Part shown: positions 45,761 to 54,925 of the stretch, piece after piece
Position numbering within the stretch: position 1 is the stretch's first letter
Layout: the number at the start of each line of letters is the position of its first letter
Source: a virus
IMG/VR virus record: IMGVR_UViG_3300047095_000811
Span: 32,001 to 96,000 of that record
Reading direction: 5' to 3' (one strand)
Length of the DNA stretch: 64,000 nucleotides
Notes under the pieces: generated by a model
Database searches by the model: none
What the model was told of the DNA's origin: nothing
The model's input: only the letters and a program-made list of their open reading frames with translations
Position numbers and translations under genes: made by a program

Positions 45761-45955
45761 TCAGTGGCGAGTTTGATTCAGTTCGACTTCCAGATAGCTC
45801 TGGACGTCAGACATCTTCTCTTCGCCGTCGAAGACGAACTGTTGCCCCGCGATCTCAACGATCACGCTGCTGCTTTCCGCCGGGAAAGTCATGGTGCCTT
45901 TGAGTGCCCCGATTTTGATCTTGGTGACCAAGTCTTTTTGTTGTACTGTTGCCAT
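45761..45955 (-). CDS. Small hypothetical protein
   Basis: 64 aa ORF. Confidence 0.6.
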   Translation of the reverse strand: MATVQQKDLVTKIKIGALKGTMTFPAESSSVIVEIAGQQFVFDGEEKMSDVQSYLEVELNQTRH

Positions 45956-46087
45956 TTCAAGGATTCCTTTGCAAAGAAAGGTATCGATAACGCACCGATA
46001 CCACGATAATAATATCTCCGAATCTGACGGGCAGTTACGGTAAAAGAAAAAAAGAACAGCGGATGCCGCAATGGCATCCGCTTCTTG

Positions 46088-46708
46088 TTACACCGTCTCG
46101 GTGTGCTCTTGGTGGTAGTGATCGCGGATCACAGAAATCTTGGCAAGGTAGTCGACAATCGTTCTCGGATTGACGTACTTACCGTTCCCGTTCCGCCAGA
46201 TCGCGTTAGCCATCTGGAGCACTTGGCGCTCCTTGGTGATGAAGTCGTCGTCGCGACCGATCCGAGCCATGCGGTCTTCCACGCTCAGCTCTTCGTAGTT
46301 GACGTCGAGGCCGATCGTCACGATGTTGTAACCAGAGGCAATGTGGTTGTTGCGCTGGTTCTTTTCCAGCAGATCCTGCAGACCCTCTTCGGCGAGGATG
46401 ATGGTGGCAATCTTGCCGTCCACGAAGTCGGGGAGTGAACCGTACAGGTCCTTGAAGATGGATCCGGGATTGGTGCCGAGTACCCCGATCAGGTCGTCCT
46501 GCAGGTACCCGAAGGTTTGGCGCTGGATGAAGATGTAGGGGTCGCCTTGGCGCTCACCGGGGCGCATGGCGCGGGTGGAGAACTGCTGCAGCTTGTAGAA
46601 CAGCTCCGGATAGTCAGAGATGAGGTTCTTTTCGAGGGTGCTCTTGCCAGAGCCGGAGACGCCGACGATCGCGAGGATGGTGGGCTTGAGAATCGAGAAG
46701 TGTTCCAT
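46088..46708 (-). CDS. Guanylate-kinase-like nucleoside monophosphate kinase
   Basis: P-loop GVSGSGKS and the Gmk signature STR.MRPGE.QG..Y.F. Confidence 0.85.
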   Translation of the reverse strand: MEHFSILKPTILAIVGVSGSGKSTLEKNLISDYPELFYKLQQFSTRAMRPGERQGDPYIFIQRQTFGYLQDDLIGVLGTNPGSIFKDLYGSLPDFVDGKIATIILAEEGLQDLLEKNQRNNHIASGYNIVTIGLDVNYEELSVEDRMARIGRDDDFITKERQVLQMANAIWRNGNGKYVNPRTIVDYLAKISVIRDHYHQEHTETV

Positions 46709-46738
46709 CTGGGTTTCCTTTCACATTAGAGGACACAT

Positions 46739-46749
46739 TCATTATATAT
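46739..46749 (-). promoter_or_regulatory. Early-type promoter motif ATATATAATGA
   Basis: Upstream of the kinase gene. Confidence 0.6.
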
Positions 46750-46837
46750 CCTAAAACGCTGTTTAGCTTTATGACGAATCTGCAAATGCGTCCCTCATAT
46801 ATGATGCTTATGAGATTAAACCTATATGGGGTGTACA

Positions 46838-47101
46838 ATGAACAACTCGCAAATCGTTTCGTTCGAAGTAACAGAAGGTGAACTTCTGGAGATCATGACG
46901 CGCTCGGCTTCTCAAGAGACTCTTAAGAGACTGAACCGTGTGCGCAGCCAGATGGCCGATCTAGCCAGACAGGAAGCAGAACTTCTTGAGAGCCTTCAGA
47001 GAGACCGCCTCCGCTTGGATCAATTAGAGCGCCGCAACCAGCTGAATCGCGACATCACCAGGACAATTACGTATGATGCAATGGCACGTCGCCGCTTCTG
47101 A
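46838..47101 (+). CDS. Small coiled-coil hypothetical protein
   Basis: 87 aa heptad-rich ORF. Confidence 0.6.
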   Translation: MNNSQIVSFEVTEGELLEIMTRSASQETLKRLNRVRSQMADLARQEAELLESLQRDRLRLDQLERRNQLNRDITRTITYDAMARRRF

Positions 47102-47159
47102 TGTAAGAAAAATCACCGGACATTACTATAGTACGGTGATTTTTTTTTGAGAGGTTATC

Positions 47160-47492
47160 ATGGGTACGCTAAGAGAACTTGGGTCGAAGCTCGACCATTC
47201 CATCAGAGAGGTGAACAGCCCTCACTGGTCTTTGACTAAGCTGGGCATGCTGTTCTTCCTTTTTCCGTCCATCACCGGCGTCTTCATCTACGACGCCATC
47301 ATCAATAAGCGCATGGACTGGATGAACACCGCCATCTTCATCACTGGCATCGTGACTCCCCGTCTCATCAGCCAGATCCTTGCAGCTCGCTTCGGCTATC
47401 AAGGGAAAAACGGCGAGAAGCTGGACGGAGACAACTCCATTGACGCCAGCCCTAAAGATGAAGGCGTCGTCGAACAAGCTGAGAAGAAGTAA
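47160..47492 (+). CDS. Two-TM membrane protein, putative holin
   Basis: Two hydrophobic helices and a charged C-terminal tail; preceded by a GACA-N6-TA variant. Confidence 0.5.
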   Translation: MGTLRELGSKLDHSIREVNSPHWSLTKLGMLFFLFPSITGVFIYDAIINKRMDWMNTAIFITGIVTPRLISQILAARFGYQGKNGEKLDGDNSIDASPKDEGVVEQAEKK

Positions 47493-47494
47493 TT

Positions 47495-47528
47495 AAAACC
47501 CCCATACCCGCGAAGGGTATGGGGATCT
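47495..47528. terminator. Bidirectional terminator (CCCCATACCC family)
   Basis: CCCCATACCC-GCGAA-GGGTATGGGG. Confidence 0.8.
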
Positions 47529-47552
47529 AACGCTGAAGGTCACCAGAGGCGA

Positions 47553-47963
47553 TTACTTCTTGGCGACGGGCTTCTTGGTCGGCAGCTTCGGAGCGACCTT
47601 CTTGACCGGAGCAGCTTCAGCCTTGGCGGCGGGCTTGGCAGCAGCCTTGGCCGGAGCCTTCTTGGCCTTCTTCTCGGAGTCCAGAACGCGGACGGCCTTG
47701 GCGACCTTGAACTTCAGGGTGCTGTAGGCTTCGACGGCGACGGTCTCGCCGGTACGGGGGTTGATGCGATCGCGAGCCGGGTTGTGAGCCCAACGGAAGG
47801 TGCCCAGCTTGGTGCGGACGCTTTCCTTCTCTTGGCAGACAGCCAGCAGGCCGGACAGGGTGGCTTCCACGTACTGTTCGGTTTCCTTCTTGTTGGCGGT
47901 CACACCGGCCTTGGCCAGCTCGGCTTGAACGGAGGCGATCAGATCGTCTTTGATGGCAGACAT
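47553..47963 (-). CDS. HU/IHF-family DNA-binding protein with Lys/Ala/Pro-rich tail
   Basis: LGTF...AR.RINPRTGE...LKFK HU signature followed by a histone-H1-like tail. Confidence 0.9.
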   Translation of the reverse strand: MSAIKDDLIASVQAELAKAGVTANKKETEQYVEATLSGLLAVCQEKESVRTKLGTFRWAHNPARDRINPRTGETVAVEAYSTLKFKVAKAVRVLDSEKKAKKAPAKAAAKPAAKAEAAPVKKVAPKLPTKKPVAKK

Positions 47964-48049
47964 GCTTTTATCCTTTTTGGAAATTGATGAAACGGGTGAG
48001 TTGTGAAGTGGTGCCCGTTGCCCTTACGGTCTATTGGGCGACCACAGGC

Positions 48050-48061
48050 TACTATTATGTT
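48050..48061 (-). promoter_or_regulatory. Late promoter AACA-N6-TA
   Basis: AACA-taatag-TA upstream of the HU gene. Confidence 0.7.
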
Positions 48062-48204
48062 AGGCTTGCGCGGCATCGAAAAAGTCCGAACTAAGTACCG
48101 AAACTAGTTATGACCAATGAGATTGCGTGGCGCAAATCTGGTCTCATCAAGAAAAATGACGGAATGGCCGAAAATGGCCATTCCGCAGTTCACAAACATT
48201 CTTT

Positions 48205-48852
48205 TCAGTCCGCGAGCAGATGAGTCTCGATGATTTCCAGCAGGGTCTTCTTGCTGATGTTGCGTTCCGTCTCGATCTGCTTGACGATCTCGTCCGGCAG
48301 CGAGGCGGTCAGCGCCTTCAGGAACTTCAGCAGTTCTGCCTTGGTGTAGACGGCATACTGATCTGCAGTTAGAAGGTGGAGGCTGATGGAGTCGTCAGAG
48401 GTCTCGATGGTGTCCAGCAGACTTTCGGGGAGCTTGACTTCCTCTTCAGCCTGCTCTTCGGGAGCAGATTCCTCTTCAGAGGATTCCTCTTCGGAAGGAG
48501 CATCCTCTTCGGATTTTTCTTCCTCGGAAGGTTGCTCTTCCTCGGTCGATTCTTGCTGCTCCGGCTGCTCTACCACTTCGGTCTGAGACGCTGCTTCTTC
48601 AACAACGGTCTCTTCGACCTTTTCTTCGAACACTTCAGGAGCCTTTACTGCCTCGGTGTGATCGATGTTCTCGATGCCACCATCGGCGTAAACTACCTGC
48701 TTCACGATGACCTCGAAACCGTTCTCGGTCAGGAAGCGGTACTCACTCTTGGGAATGGTGACGTTGTGCAGAGGTCCAGTACGGCGGAAATACCCAACGA
48801 ATTTGTTGTCAAGGATGTCCACCTTCAGGAATGTGATTTTCGAAAGATCCAT
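48205..48852 (-). CDS. Acidic hypothetical protein
   Basis: 215 aa with a Glu-rich linker between two small domains. Confidence 0.65.
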   Translation of the reverse strand: MDLSKITFLKVDILDNKFVGYFRRTGPLHNVTIPKSEYRFLTENGFEVIVKQVVYADGGIENIDHTEAVKAPEVFEEKVEETVVEEAASQTEVVEQPEQQESTEEEQPSEEEKSEEDAPSEEESSEEESAPEEQAEEEVKLPESLLDTIETSDDSISLHLLTADQYAVYTKAELLKFLKALTASLPDEIVKQIETERNISKKTLLEIIETHLLAD

Positions 48853-48925
48853 TTGTTTTCCTTTGGGTTAGAAACGATCTTACTGTGCGATGACAGTAAG
48901 ATCGTTCCGTGAATCAAACCGTTGA

Positions 48926-49837
48926 TCAGTCTTCGCTGTCGTCGCCGGTGGAGTCGTCGCTTGCCAACTCGTCGATGCTGGACAGGAAGTCGTCCTCATC
49001 GAAGTTGTCGGGCAGGTCGCCGCCTTCGTCATCGTCACAACCTTCGTCGTCGATGTCATCGTCATCTTCGACGCCGTCATCATCGGTGGGCAGGTCGTTG
49101 TTGTCGGTGATCGCGTTGTCCGCAGATTCGCCGAGCAGGTAGCTCAGATAAGCGGGACCATTCAGGGTCTCGCCGAGGTTGTCGGCGGTCTTCAGGGTGT
49201 CGTTCTGATGGGTACCGACGGGGTGATCGACGGTTGTCTCGATGCTGTTCTCTTCAGCACTGCCTTCTTTATCGTTGACTTCGTCAGCAACGTTGGATGC
49301 AGTGATCTTGCCAGCAATCAGGTCATCCAGTTCGATCGGAACGCCAGCAGCTTCAGCATGTTTGGTGGAAACGCTGCGGCGAAGAGTGTTGCCGCCAGTC
49401 AGAATCTCATCGAAGCTCGTCGGCATGTCATTGAACTGCACGGAGAGATCGGAGTTGATGGAATCGGCGCTATTACGAACCACAAAATCGTGGTTCAGCT
49501 GACCGGGGCCACCGGGAATCATCGCTTCGTTCAGGTCCTTGTCACCTTCGGAAGCATGGCCACCGTGGTTGTCCGGATCATACAGATCGGCGAGGTCGTC
49601 GTTGGTGATGCCAGCGATCTGGTCTTGGTTGAAGAATTGGTACTTGTCGAAGTCACCGACGCCGCCGAGTTCCTTGACGGAGTTCGGGTTAACCGGCAGG
49701 TCAGCGGTTTCGACGAGGAAGGCCATGTCGGAAACGTCGCAGATCGCTTCTTCCACGGAGAGGGTCTCTCTCAGGGACAGTTCGGCGAGTTCAGCTTCGC
49801 TGAGGACATCGATCTTCTCTTTCAAAAGTGTGCTCAT
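48926..49837 (-). CDS. Highly acidic scaffold/internal head protein
   Basis: LLKE, VLSE, LRE, LVE, LNE and LLGE motifs, an Asp-rich tail and a late promoter. Confidence 0.55.
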   Translation of the reverse strand: MSTLLKEKIDVLSEAELAELSLRETLSVEEAICDVSDMAFLVETADLPVNPNSVKELGGVGDFDKYQFFNQDQIAGITNDDLADLYDPDNHGGHASEGDKDLNEAMIPGGPGQLNHDFVVRNSADSINSDLSVQFNDMPTSFDEILTGGNTLRRSVSTKHAEAAGVPIELDDLIAGKITASNVADEVNDKEGSAEENSIETTVDHPVGTHQNDTLKTADNLGETLNGPAYLSYLLGESADNAITDNNDLPTDDDGVEDDDDIDDEGCDDDEGGDLPDNFDEDDFLSSIDELASDDSTGDDSED

Positions 49838-49883
49838 GTTTGATTTCCTTGTGAACTTAAGGCGGGAGCCAATAGAGAAATTC

Positions 49884-49895
49884 TAAATTTCTGTT
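49884..49895 (-). promoter_or_regulatory. Late promoter AACA-N6-TA
   Basis: AACA-gaaatt-TA. Confidence 0.7.
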
Positions 49896-49904
49896 TGGCG
49901 AAAT

Positions 49905-51143
49905 TCAGTTTACGTTGGGTCTGCCAATGATCTCCTTGCGATAGTGTTTGATCGCATAGAGAACCAGCGGTACGACCCGGTAATCATCGACTGACTCCTC
50001 AGTGTCGTCGAGATCTTGGAGCAACTCGGAGAAGTTCTCCTTGTTGTAGTAGGCGTTGAGGTAGCGCACGACAAACGTCTGAAGCTTTCCGAGGTCCGTT
50101 GTGTCGTTTGCTTTGATTTTCGATATGAGCTCCGGAGAGAATGGAGAGATGACGATGTCCTCGGGTCTCTCGACCGCGCCGCTCTCCAGAGGCGTGGCTA
50201 AATAATGGTTCGTCTTCGAGAACCAATCTTGAGAGTACCTGGATGCACCGCACCCGACAACTACATACCGCGTCTCGGTGTTTGTAGAGTCGATATCGAC
50301 TCCACTGGAAGGGGCCTTCTCGGCAAAGGAGTACAGAGACTTCTTGTAGCGAGAGGGCTTCACCTTCTTCAAGATGTCAAGGTCGAGGTACTTGAACCGT
50401 CTGTAGATCTTGAAGCTTTCCTCCAGCTTGTTATGGAGCACGAAGTAGTTCAGCATGACGTCGATGATCGGACGACCGAGCGGATCCGACTCACTGTCAA
50501 CGTAGCAGCTGGTCTCCTTCGAGTAGTAGGTGTCGTCGTAACGCTCCAAGAGCGAGTCGTACACACCCTCCATCGCAAGGTAGAGATCGAAGTCGGTGCG
50601 CTTGATGATCGGGTTCGAGGTCTTGCCGATCAAGTTGTAGTCCACCGTGTATTCTTCGGCCACCTGTTCCTCGACGTCCTCGATGTTGAAGGACGAGAGT
50701 TTGAAGGTGATCTTGAAGTACTTCGAGTTGTTGTAATTGTCTTGTTCGACGTCTGTGACGATGAAGACCTTCCGCTCGTTCTGGTATTCGATCTCGAATA
50801 CGTCGTCGGAGCTAGGGACGATTGTGTCCGGAAGGATGATCGCGGAGGACGACACGTTGCCCACGACGCCGAAGTCGGTGATCTCGGTGCCGAACGAGGC
50901 GTTCTCCACCTTGTAAATCGGCAGGTTGTCGATCTGGTCGAACTCGACTGGAGAGTCGGCTCCGATCACTTCGTTGATGTTCTCCAGCCCTCTGTCGTAC
51001 GTGCTCTTGAGATGGTTCTTCGAGAAGTACGTGCAGAACGTCGGAGCGGAGTTCAGGAAGGTCGAGTAGTCCTTCGTCGCTTGCTCGATGTAGTGCCGGA
51101 CGTTGGCGTTCGTGACCCTCGTGTTGGGTAGAATTCTTCCCAT
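49905..51143 (-). CDS. Putative virion structural protein (neck/head closure-like)
   Basis: 412 aa with a late promoter; the beta-rich N-terminal half is reminiscent of neck proteins (weak inference). Confidence 0.5.
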   Translation of the reverse strand: MGRILPNTRVTNANVRHYIEQATKDYSTFLNSAPTFCTYFSKNHLKSTYDRGLENINEVIGADSPVEFDQIDNLPIYKVENASFGTEITDFGVVGNVSSSAIILPDTIVPSSDDVFEIEYQNERKVFIVTDVEQDNYNNSKYFKITFKLSSFNIEDVEEQVAEEYTVDYNLIGKTSNPIIKRTDFDLYLAMEGVYDSLLERYDDTYYSKETSCYVDSESDPLGRPIIDVMLNYFVLHNKLEESFKIYRRFKYLDLDILKKVKPSRYKKSLYSFAEKAPSSGVDIDSTNTETRYVVVGCGASRYSQDWFSKTNHYLATPLESGAVERPEDIVISPFSPELISKIKANDTTDLGKLQTFVVRYLNAYYNKENFSELLQDLDDTEESVDDYRVVPLVLYAIKHYRKEIIGRPNVN

Positions 51144-51164
51144 GCAGGATCTCCTGATGATAGC

Positions 51165-51176
51165 TATTTTCTTGTT
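51165..51176 (-). promoter_or_regulatory. Late promoter AACA-N6-TA
   Basis: AACA-agaaaa-TA. Confidence 0.7.
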
Positions 51177-51235
51177 GAACGAACGAAGAAAAAGAAGCTC
51201 CCCATAGGCGCACGATGACGCCTATGGGTAAGCCT

Positions 51236-51382
51236 TCAGCCGTTCAGAATGAAGCGTTGGTCTTCACTCTTCTTCTCTTCATTCTCCTGCAAGAGGCCGT
51301 CCGCTTGTTCGTTCAGACCGTTTTTCTTCTCGGTCTGCATCAGGCCCTCGTTGAAGGGCATCTCCGGAACTTCGTTGCTCAT
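51236..51382 (-). CDS. 48 aa peptide missed by the ORF track
   Basis: ATGA overlap with the upstream stop; MSNEVPEMPFNEGLMQTEKKNGLNEQADGLLQENEEKKSEDQRFILNG; typical codon use; ends just before a terminator. Confidence 0.65.
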   Translation of the reverse strand: MSNEVPEMPFNEGLMQTEKKNGLNEQADGLLQENEEKKSEDQRFILNG

Positions 51383-51867
51383 GATTTTTCCTTGATGTTC
51401 AGTATTTCTTCGCAGCGGTCAGAAAGCTTCCCAATCCTCACCAGCAGCACAGATATGTCGTCGTACAGATCGACTCCGTGTCGGTAGAACGACTGGAACT
51501 CCTCGTAGATGAACTCGTTGGAGTTGTGGACGATGCTCTTTGCCTGCTGACTCTTGCTCTTGAAGGAGCTAAGCCATCCAGTGTAAGCTCCGGCCCACTT
51601 GTCGACGAAGAGGTTGATCTCGATGATGAGGTCGAGCACCTCTCTGATGACGGTTGCTTCCTCCTTGGAGAACGCTCTGGACGCGTCTACCCCGTGGAGC
51701 GACTTTCTCAGAGCTTCCACGTACGGGAAGCAGTTATTGATAAATTCGAGGAAGTTGATTGACCCCCTCGGATTCATGCCGCCGAAGCGGGTGGTCGAGT
51801 CCAAATAGATCGACCAAAGGAGAGACCTCGTTCGAGACCTCCCCTTCAACCAGTTCCAAAATTTCAT
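51379..51867 (-). CDS. Hypothetical protein
   Basis: 162 aa ORF, translationally coupled. Confidence 0.6.
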   Translation of the reverse strand: MKFWNWLKGRSRTRSLLWSIYLDSTTRFGGMNPRGSINFLEFINNCFPYVEALRKSLHGVDASRAFSKEEATVIREVLDLIIEINLFVDKWAGAYTGWLSSFKSKSQQAKSIVHNSNEFIYEEFQSFYRHGVDLYDDISVLLVRIGKLSDRCEEILNIKEKS

Positions 51868-52523
51868 TACTCTTCCTCAGTTACCTTTCTGGATGACGAT
51901 GAACCCTTCCTCCTGCGTCCGGGCAGTGCTGCGGTGAGCATCATCAGGCTGTCGAAGTCCAGCTTCCGAAGCTTGTATTCGACGGCTCTGATGATTCTCA
52001 GCGGCAAGAAGACGAGTTCCTCTTTAGACCCGATGAAGATGTTGACGCCCTGTTGGACCTCTCCGGTCTTTGGGTCCTCGCTGACGGCAAAGGAGATCAT
52101 GATCGCCTTGCCTTCTTCATTGGACACCTTCTCTTTGATCGACTTGAACTCTTCGTTCACGAAGCACTCGTATCCGTGATCGCTGTCTTCGACTTCGCCG
52201 AAGACTTCGTTGTCTCGCATCACGATCATGAAGTTCTTGAATGCTTCGCATAGGTCGACGATGGTCGTGCAAGAGAAAGCTATTTCGCTGCCCTTGACTT
52301 GTCTCTTCTTTTCCGGGTCGTAAGACTCGTATCCGAAGATCAAGTAAGAGCTGTAGTTGTATGTGTCGTACACGTTCCCGTTGTCGGAAGCGAACGAGTA
52401 TGACGGCCCGAAGTCGGACGAGTCAGACTTGACTACAAACTTGAGCCGCAGGTTGGAGTACCGGAATAGTGGTACTGTTTTGGAGTGCCATGTCTTGTTT
52501 GATGCCATCGTAGTCCTTCCCAT
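51867..52523 (-). CDS. Hypothetical protein
   Basis: About 213-218 aa; start position uncertain. Confidence 0.65.
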   Translation of the reverse strand: MGRTTMASNKTWHSKTVPLFRYSNLRLKFVVKSDSSDFGPSYSFASDNGNVYDTYNYSSYLIFGYESYDPEKKRQVKGSEIAFSCTTIVDLCEAFKNFMIVMRDNEVFGEVEDSDHGYECFVNEEFKSIKEKVSNEEGKAIMISFAVSEDPKTGEVQQGVNIFIGSKEELVFLPLRIIRAVEYKLRKLDFDSLMMLTAALPGRRRKGSSSSRKVTEEE

Positions 52524-52725
52524 TATTGCATTTGCCCGTAGCCAGATCCCAAGTCAGATTGGGAGCCGGGTCGTCTCCGGACACGTTGTAGCGATCGATG
52601 AAGCCGGTCAGCGTGTTGCCGACCGGATCATACGAAAGCGGGAAGATCTGCTCGCCTTCCTCTGTCTGGAAGGCGTACATCTCACGAGGAAGCCGGGGCT
52701 TACCGTCGCTATTCGTCATCTTCAT
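52423..52725 (-). CDS. Small hypothetical protein
   Basis: Fills the gap after the helicase but overlaps the next gene by about 100 nt. Confidence 0.45.
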   Translation of the reverse strand: MKMTNSDGKPRLPREMYAFQTEEGEQIFPLSYDPVGNTLTGFIDRYNVSGDDPAPNLTWDLATGKCNNGKDYDGIKQDMALQNSTTIPVLQPAAQVCSQV

Positions 52726-54229
52726 CTACCTTTCTGGTCGGCTTGCCTACCACGAATTTGGTGTACGAAACGGATACCGGGTCCATCACCTTGCGCTCCC
52801 GGTACATCATGTTGCGGCACTTCTTGAAGGTGAAGTCCGCTAGCTGGATGAACATGCGCTTCTTGTCACCTTCCTTGCGCAGACGACCTGCGATCTGCAG
52901 GAGGTGCGCTTCGGAGGTGATAGGAGTAACGTTGATGATCATCTCAAGACATGATATATTTATGATTCCCGAGAAGGACTTGTCCGTCGTTATGATGAGA
53001 TTCTTGTCGGTTTCTTTCATCCGCTCGTCCATGTCCTTGATGTCGCTGTTGAAGAAGCCGACTGTCAGGTCAGGGTACTGCTGGATGAGGTACTCGCCGA
53101 TCGCCCTGCCAGCCTCGTTCGTCTTCACGATGACCGCGATCTTGTTCGTCTCGGCAGTGCGGTGTTTCAGCGCGTAGTTCACGGTGCGACGCAGCACTTC
53201 CTTGCAGAAGAAATCGAAGTATGGTAGGTCGGGGTGGGTGAGCATCTTCAGGTACACCAGAGCATCGAAACCGTTCGGCTTGTTGATGCCTTTTTGGTGT
53301 TCTTTGGCGGCGTTCGAGTAGTACTGGACCTCCACGAAGTCGAACTTCTCCACCTTGTCTTGGCGGTAAACGCACTCGTCTCCGGGCGTCATGTTCTGGA
53401 GGATGATCTGCTCGCCATAGATGCGGCGGGAGTCTGTCGCCGTCAGATACAGCGTCTTGTAGGACACGACGTGCATCTCAAGGTTGAAGATCGTTTGGAG
53501 CTTCAGATGCATCTCGTCGATGATCTTGACCGAGATCTTGAGCTCCTCGAAGAGCTTGGTCACCAGCTCCGCATCCCCGTTCTTGAAGATGCTGCTCAGG
53601 GTCGGAGCAGAGCAGATCATGAGCTTGTACTGGCTCTTGTTCTCGATGATCTTCTTGATCGAAGCCGACCCCTTGACGATGGCAACCTCGCTGGCGATGT
53701 CGATGTCTGAGAACTTGTCGAACTCCTCCAGCCAAGTAGTGATGGCTCTGTCGTCGGGACAGATGATGCCTGCCATCTGCTTCGAAGCGCAGATGTACGA
53801 GATGGTGACGAAAGTTTTTCCTTCGCCAGTGTCAACAAACATCGCTCTTCTGGGTTTGTCCTTGATGTCGGAGAAGTCGTTCTTTCCGTGAAGGAAATCC
53901 GAGAGGGTCAGCTGCAACTCGGATCTGGCGGAGACTCCCGGCTTGAGCGCGATGTTGCACTTACCCCTAGGGATAAAGTACTCTGGTTCCTTGATGATTT
54001 CTTTCTCGTCTTCCTCAAGGTACTTCATCAGGTACTTGGGAGGGAAGTTGCGGGGAATCGCGTAGTACGACTCTCCATTGTAGTTTACCTGTGCGAGGGC
54101 GGTCCAAAGCTCCTCGTACCCGAACGTGATCTTCTTTGCGAAGACCGTGTTCTTTTTTACGAATTCGTCGAAGCTGTCTTCCTTGAACCCACGCACGAGA
54201 ATCCTGTTACGGTGCAGCACTATCGCCAT
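52709..54229 (-). CDS. SF2 DExH helicase (UvsW/Rad25-like)
   Basis: TGEGKT, IIDEMH, LTAT and QIAGRLR motifs. Confidence 0.9.
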   Translation of the reverse strand: MAIVLHRNRILVRGFKEDSFDEFVKKNTVFAKKITFGYEELWTALAQVNYNGESYYAIPRNFPPKYLMKYLEEDEKEIIKEPEYFIPRGKCNIALKPGVSARSELQLTLSDFLHGKNDFSDIKDKPRRAMFVDTGEGKTFVTISYICASKQMAGIICPDDRAITTWLEEFDKFSDIDIASEVAIVKGSASIKKIIENKSQYKLMICSAPTLSSIFKNGDAELVTKLFEELKISVKIIDEMHLKLQTIFNLEMHVVSYKTLYLTATDSRRIYGEQIILQNMTPGDECVYRQDKVEKFDFVEVQYYSNAAKEHQKGINKPNGFDALVYLKMLTHPDLPYFDFFCKEVLRRTVNYALKHRTAETNKIAVIVKTNEAGRAIGEYLIQQYPDLTVGFFNSDIKDMDERMKETDKNLIITTDKSFSGIINISCLEMIINVTPITSEAHLLQIAGRLRKEGDKKRMFIQLADFTFKKCRNMMYRERKVMDPVSVSYTKFVVGKPTRKVDEDDE

Positions 54230-54344
54230 GATAGATACTCCTCTCGATGTGTTCACACTAAATTATTATTCGAGAGATGGCGATTTTGCAAAAAAGAACC
54301 CATGCCGCCTTGCGGGCAGCATGGGTTTAATGGGTTTTTCGCAA

Positions 54345-54902
54345 CTACTCTGTCATGCTGTCGAAGTGGTCTTCAAGATCCTCTTGGTCGATGATTTTCT
54401 GATCAGCTTCTTCGGAGACTCCGACTACCTGGATCAGGTCGATCCCGTGGTCGAGAAGCATGTCGTGGGACATACCGTTCTTAAACTCTTCGATGTAGTA
54501 GATGCGCTTCACCTTCGCCCTGATGAGCCTTGCGGCGCATCGGGTGCAGGGCGAATGGGTGATGTAGAGGGTGGCTCCCTCCAGCGACCTTCCGATCTCT
54601 GCGGCTCTCTGAAGCACTTCGTCTTCTGCGTGGAGCGTGGAGTCTTTGGTCTTCCCGTTGAGGTCAACCGTGTAGGGGTCTCTGGAGTCCACGTTGTGGT
54701 TGAAGCCATACCCGAGAACGTTACCGTTCCGGTCCACTGCCACGGCTCCGACTTGCTTGTCAGGAGCCGGAGAGCGGGACGCGATCTGCATCGCAACGTT
54801 CAGCCACACGCGCAGTGCGCTCGAAGGCTTTCTGTACCGGACGATCGGAGGGGCTTCCTGCAGATCTTCGTTTTCTTCAATTACGTGGTAGTCGTTTTCC
54901 AC
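54345..54902 (-). CDS. dCMP deaminase (ComEB-like)
   Basis: QVGAV...GYGFN...LHAE...THSPCTRCA. Confidence 0.9.
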   Translation of the reverse strand: MENDYHVIEENEDLQEAPPIVRYRKPSSALRVWLNVAMQIASRSPAPDKQVGAVAVDRNGNVLGYGFNHNVDSRDPYTVDLNGKTKDSTLHAEDEVLQRAAEIGRSLEGATLYITHSPCTRCAARLIRAKVKRIYYIEEFKNGMSHDMLLDHGIDLIQVVGVSEEADQKIIDQEDLEDHFDSMTE

Positions 54903-54925
54903 TGTGGCTCCTCTTCTCTTGGCCG

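Noticed and set aside
48872-48906. AACG-containing sequence as a late promoter for 48852
   Set aside because: It does not fit the N6-TA spacing and is part of an inverted repeat (AACGATCTTACTG/CAGTAAGATCGTT), more likely a hairpin.
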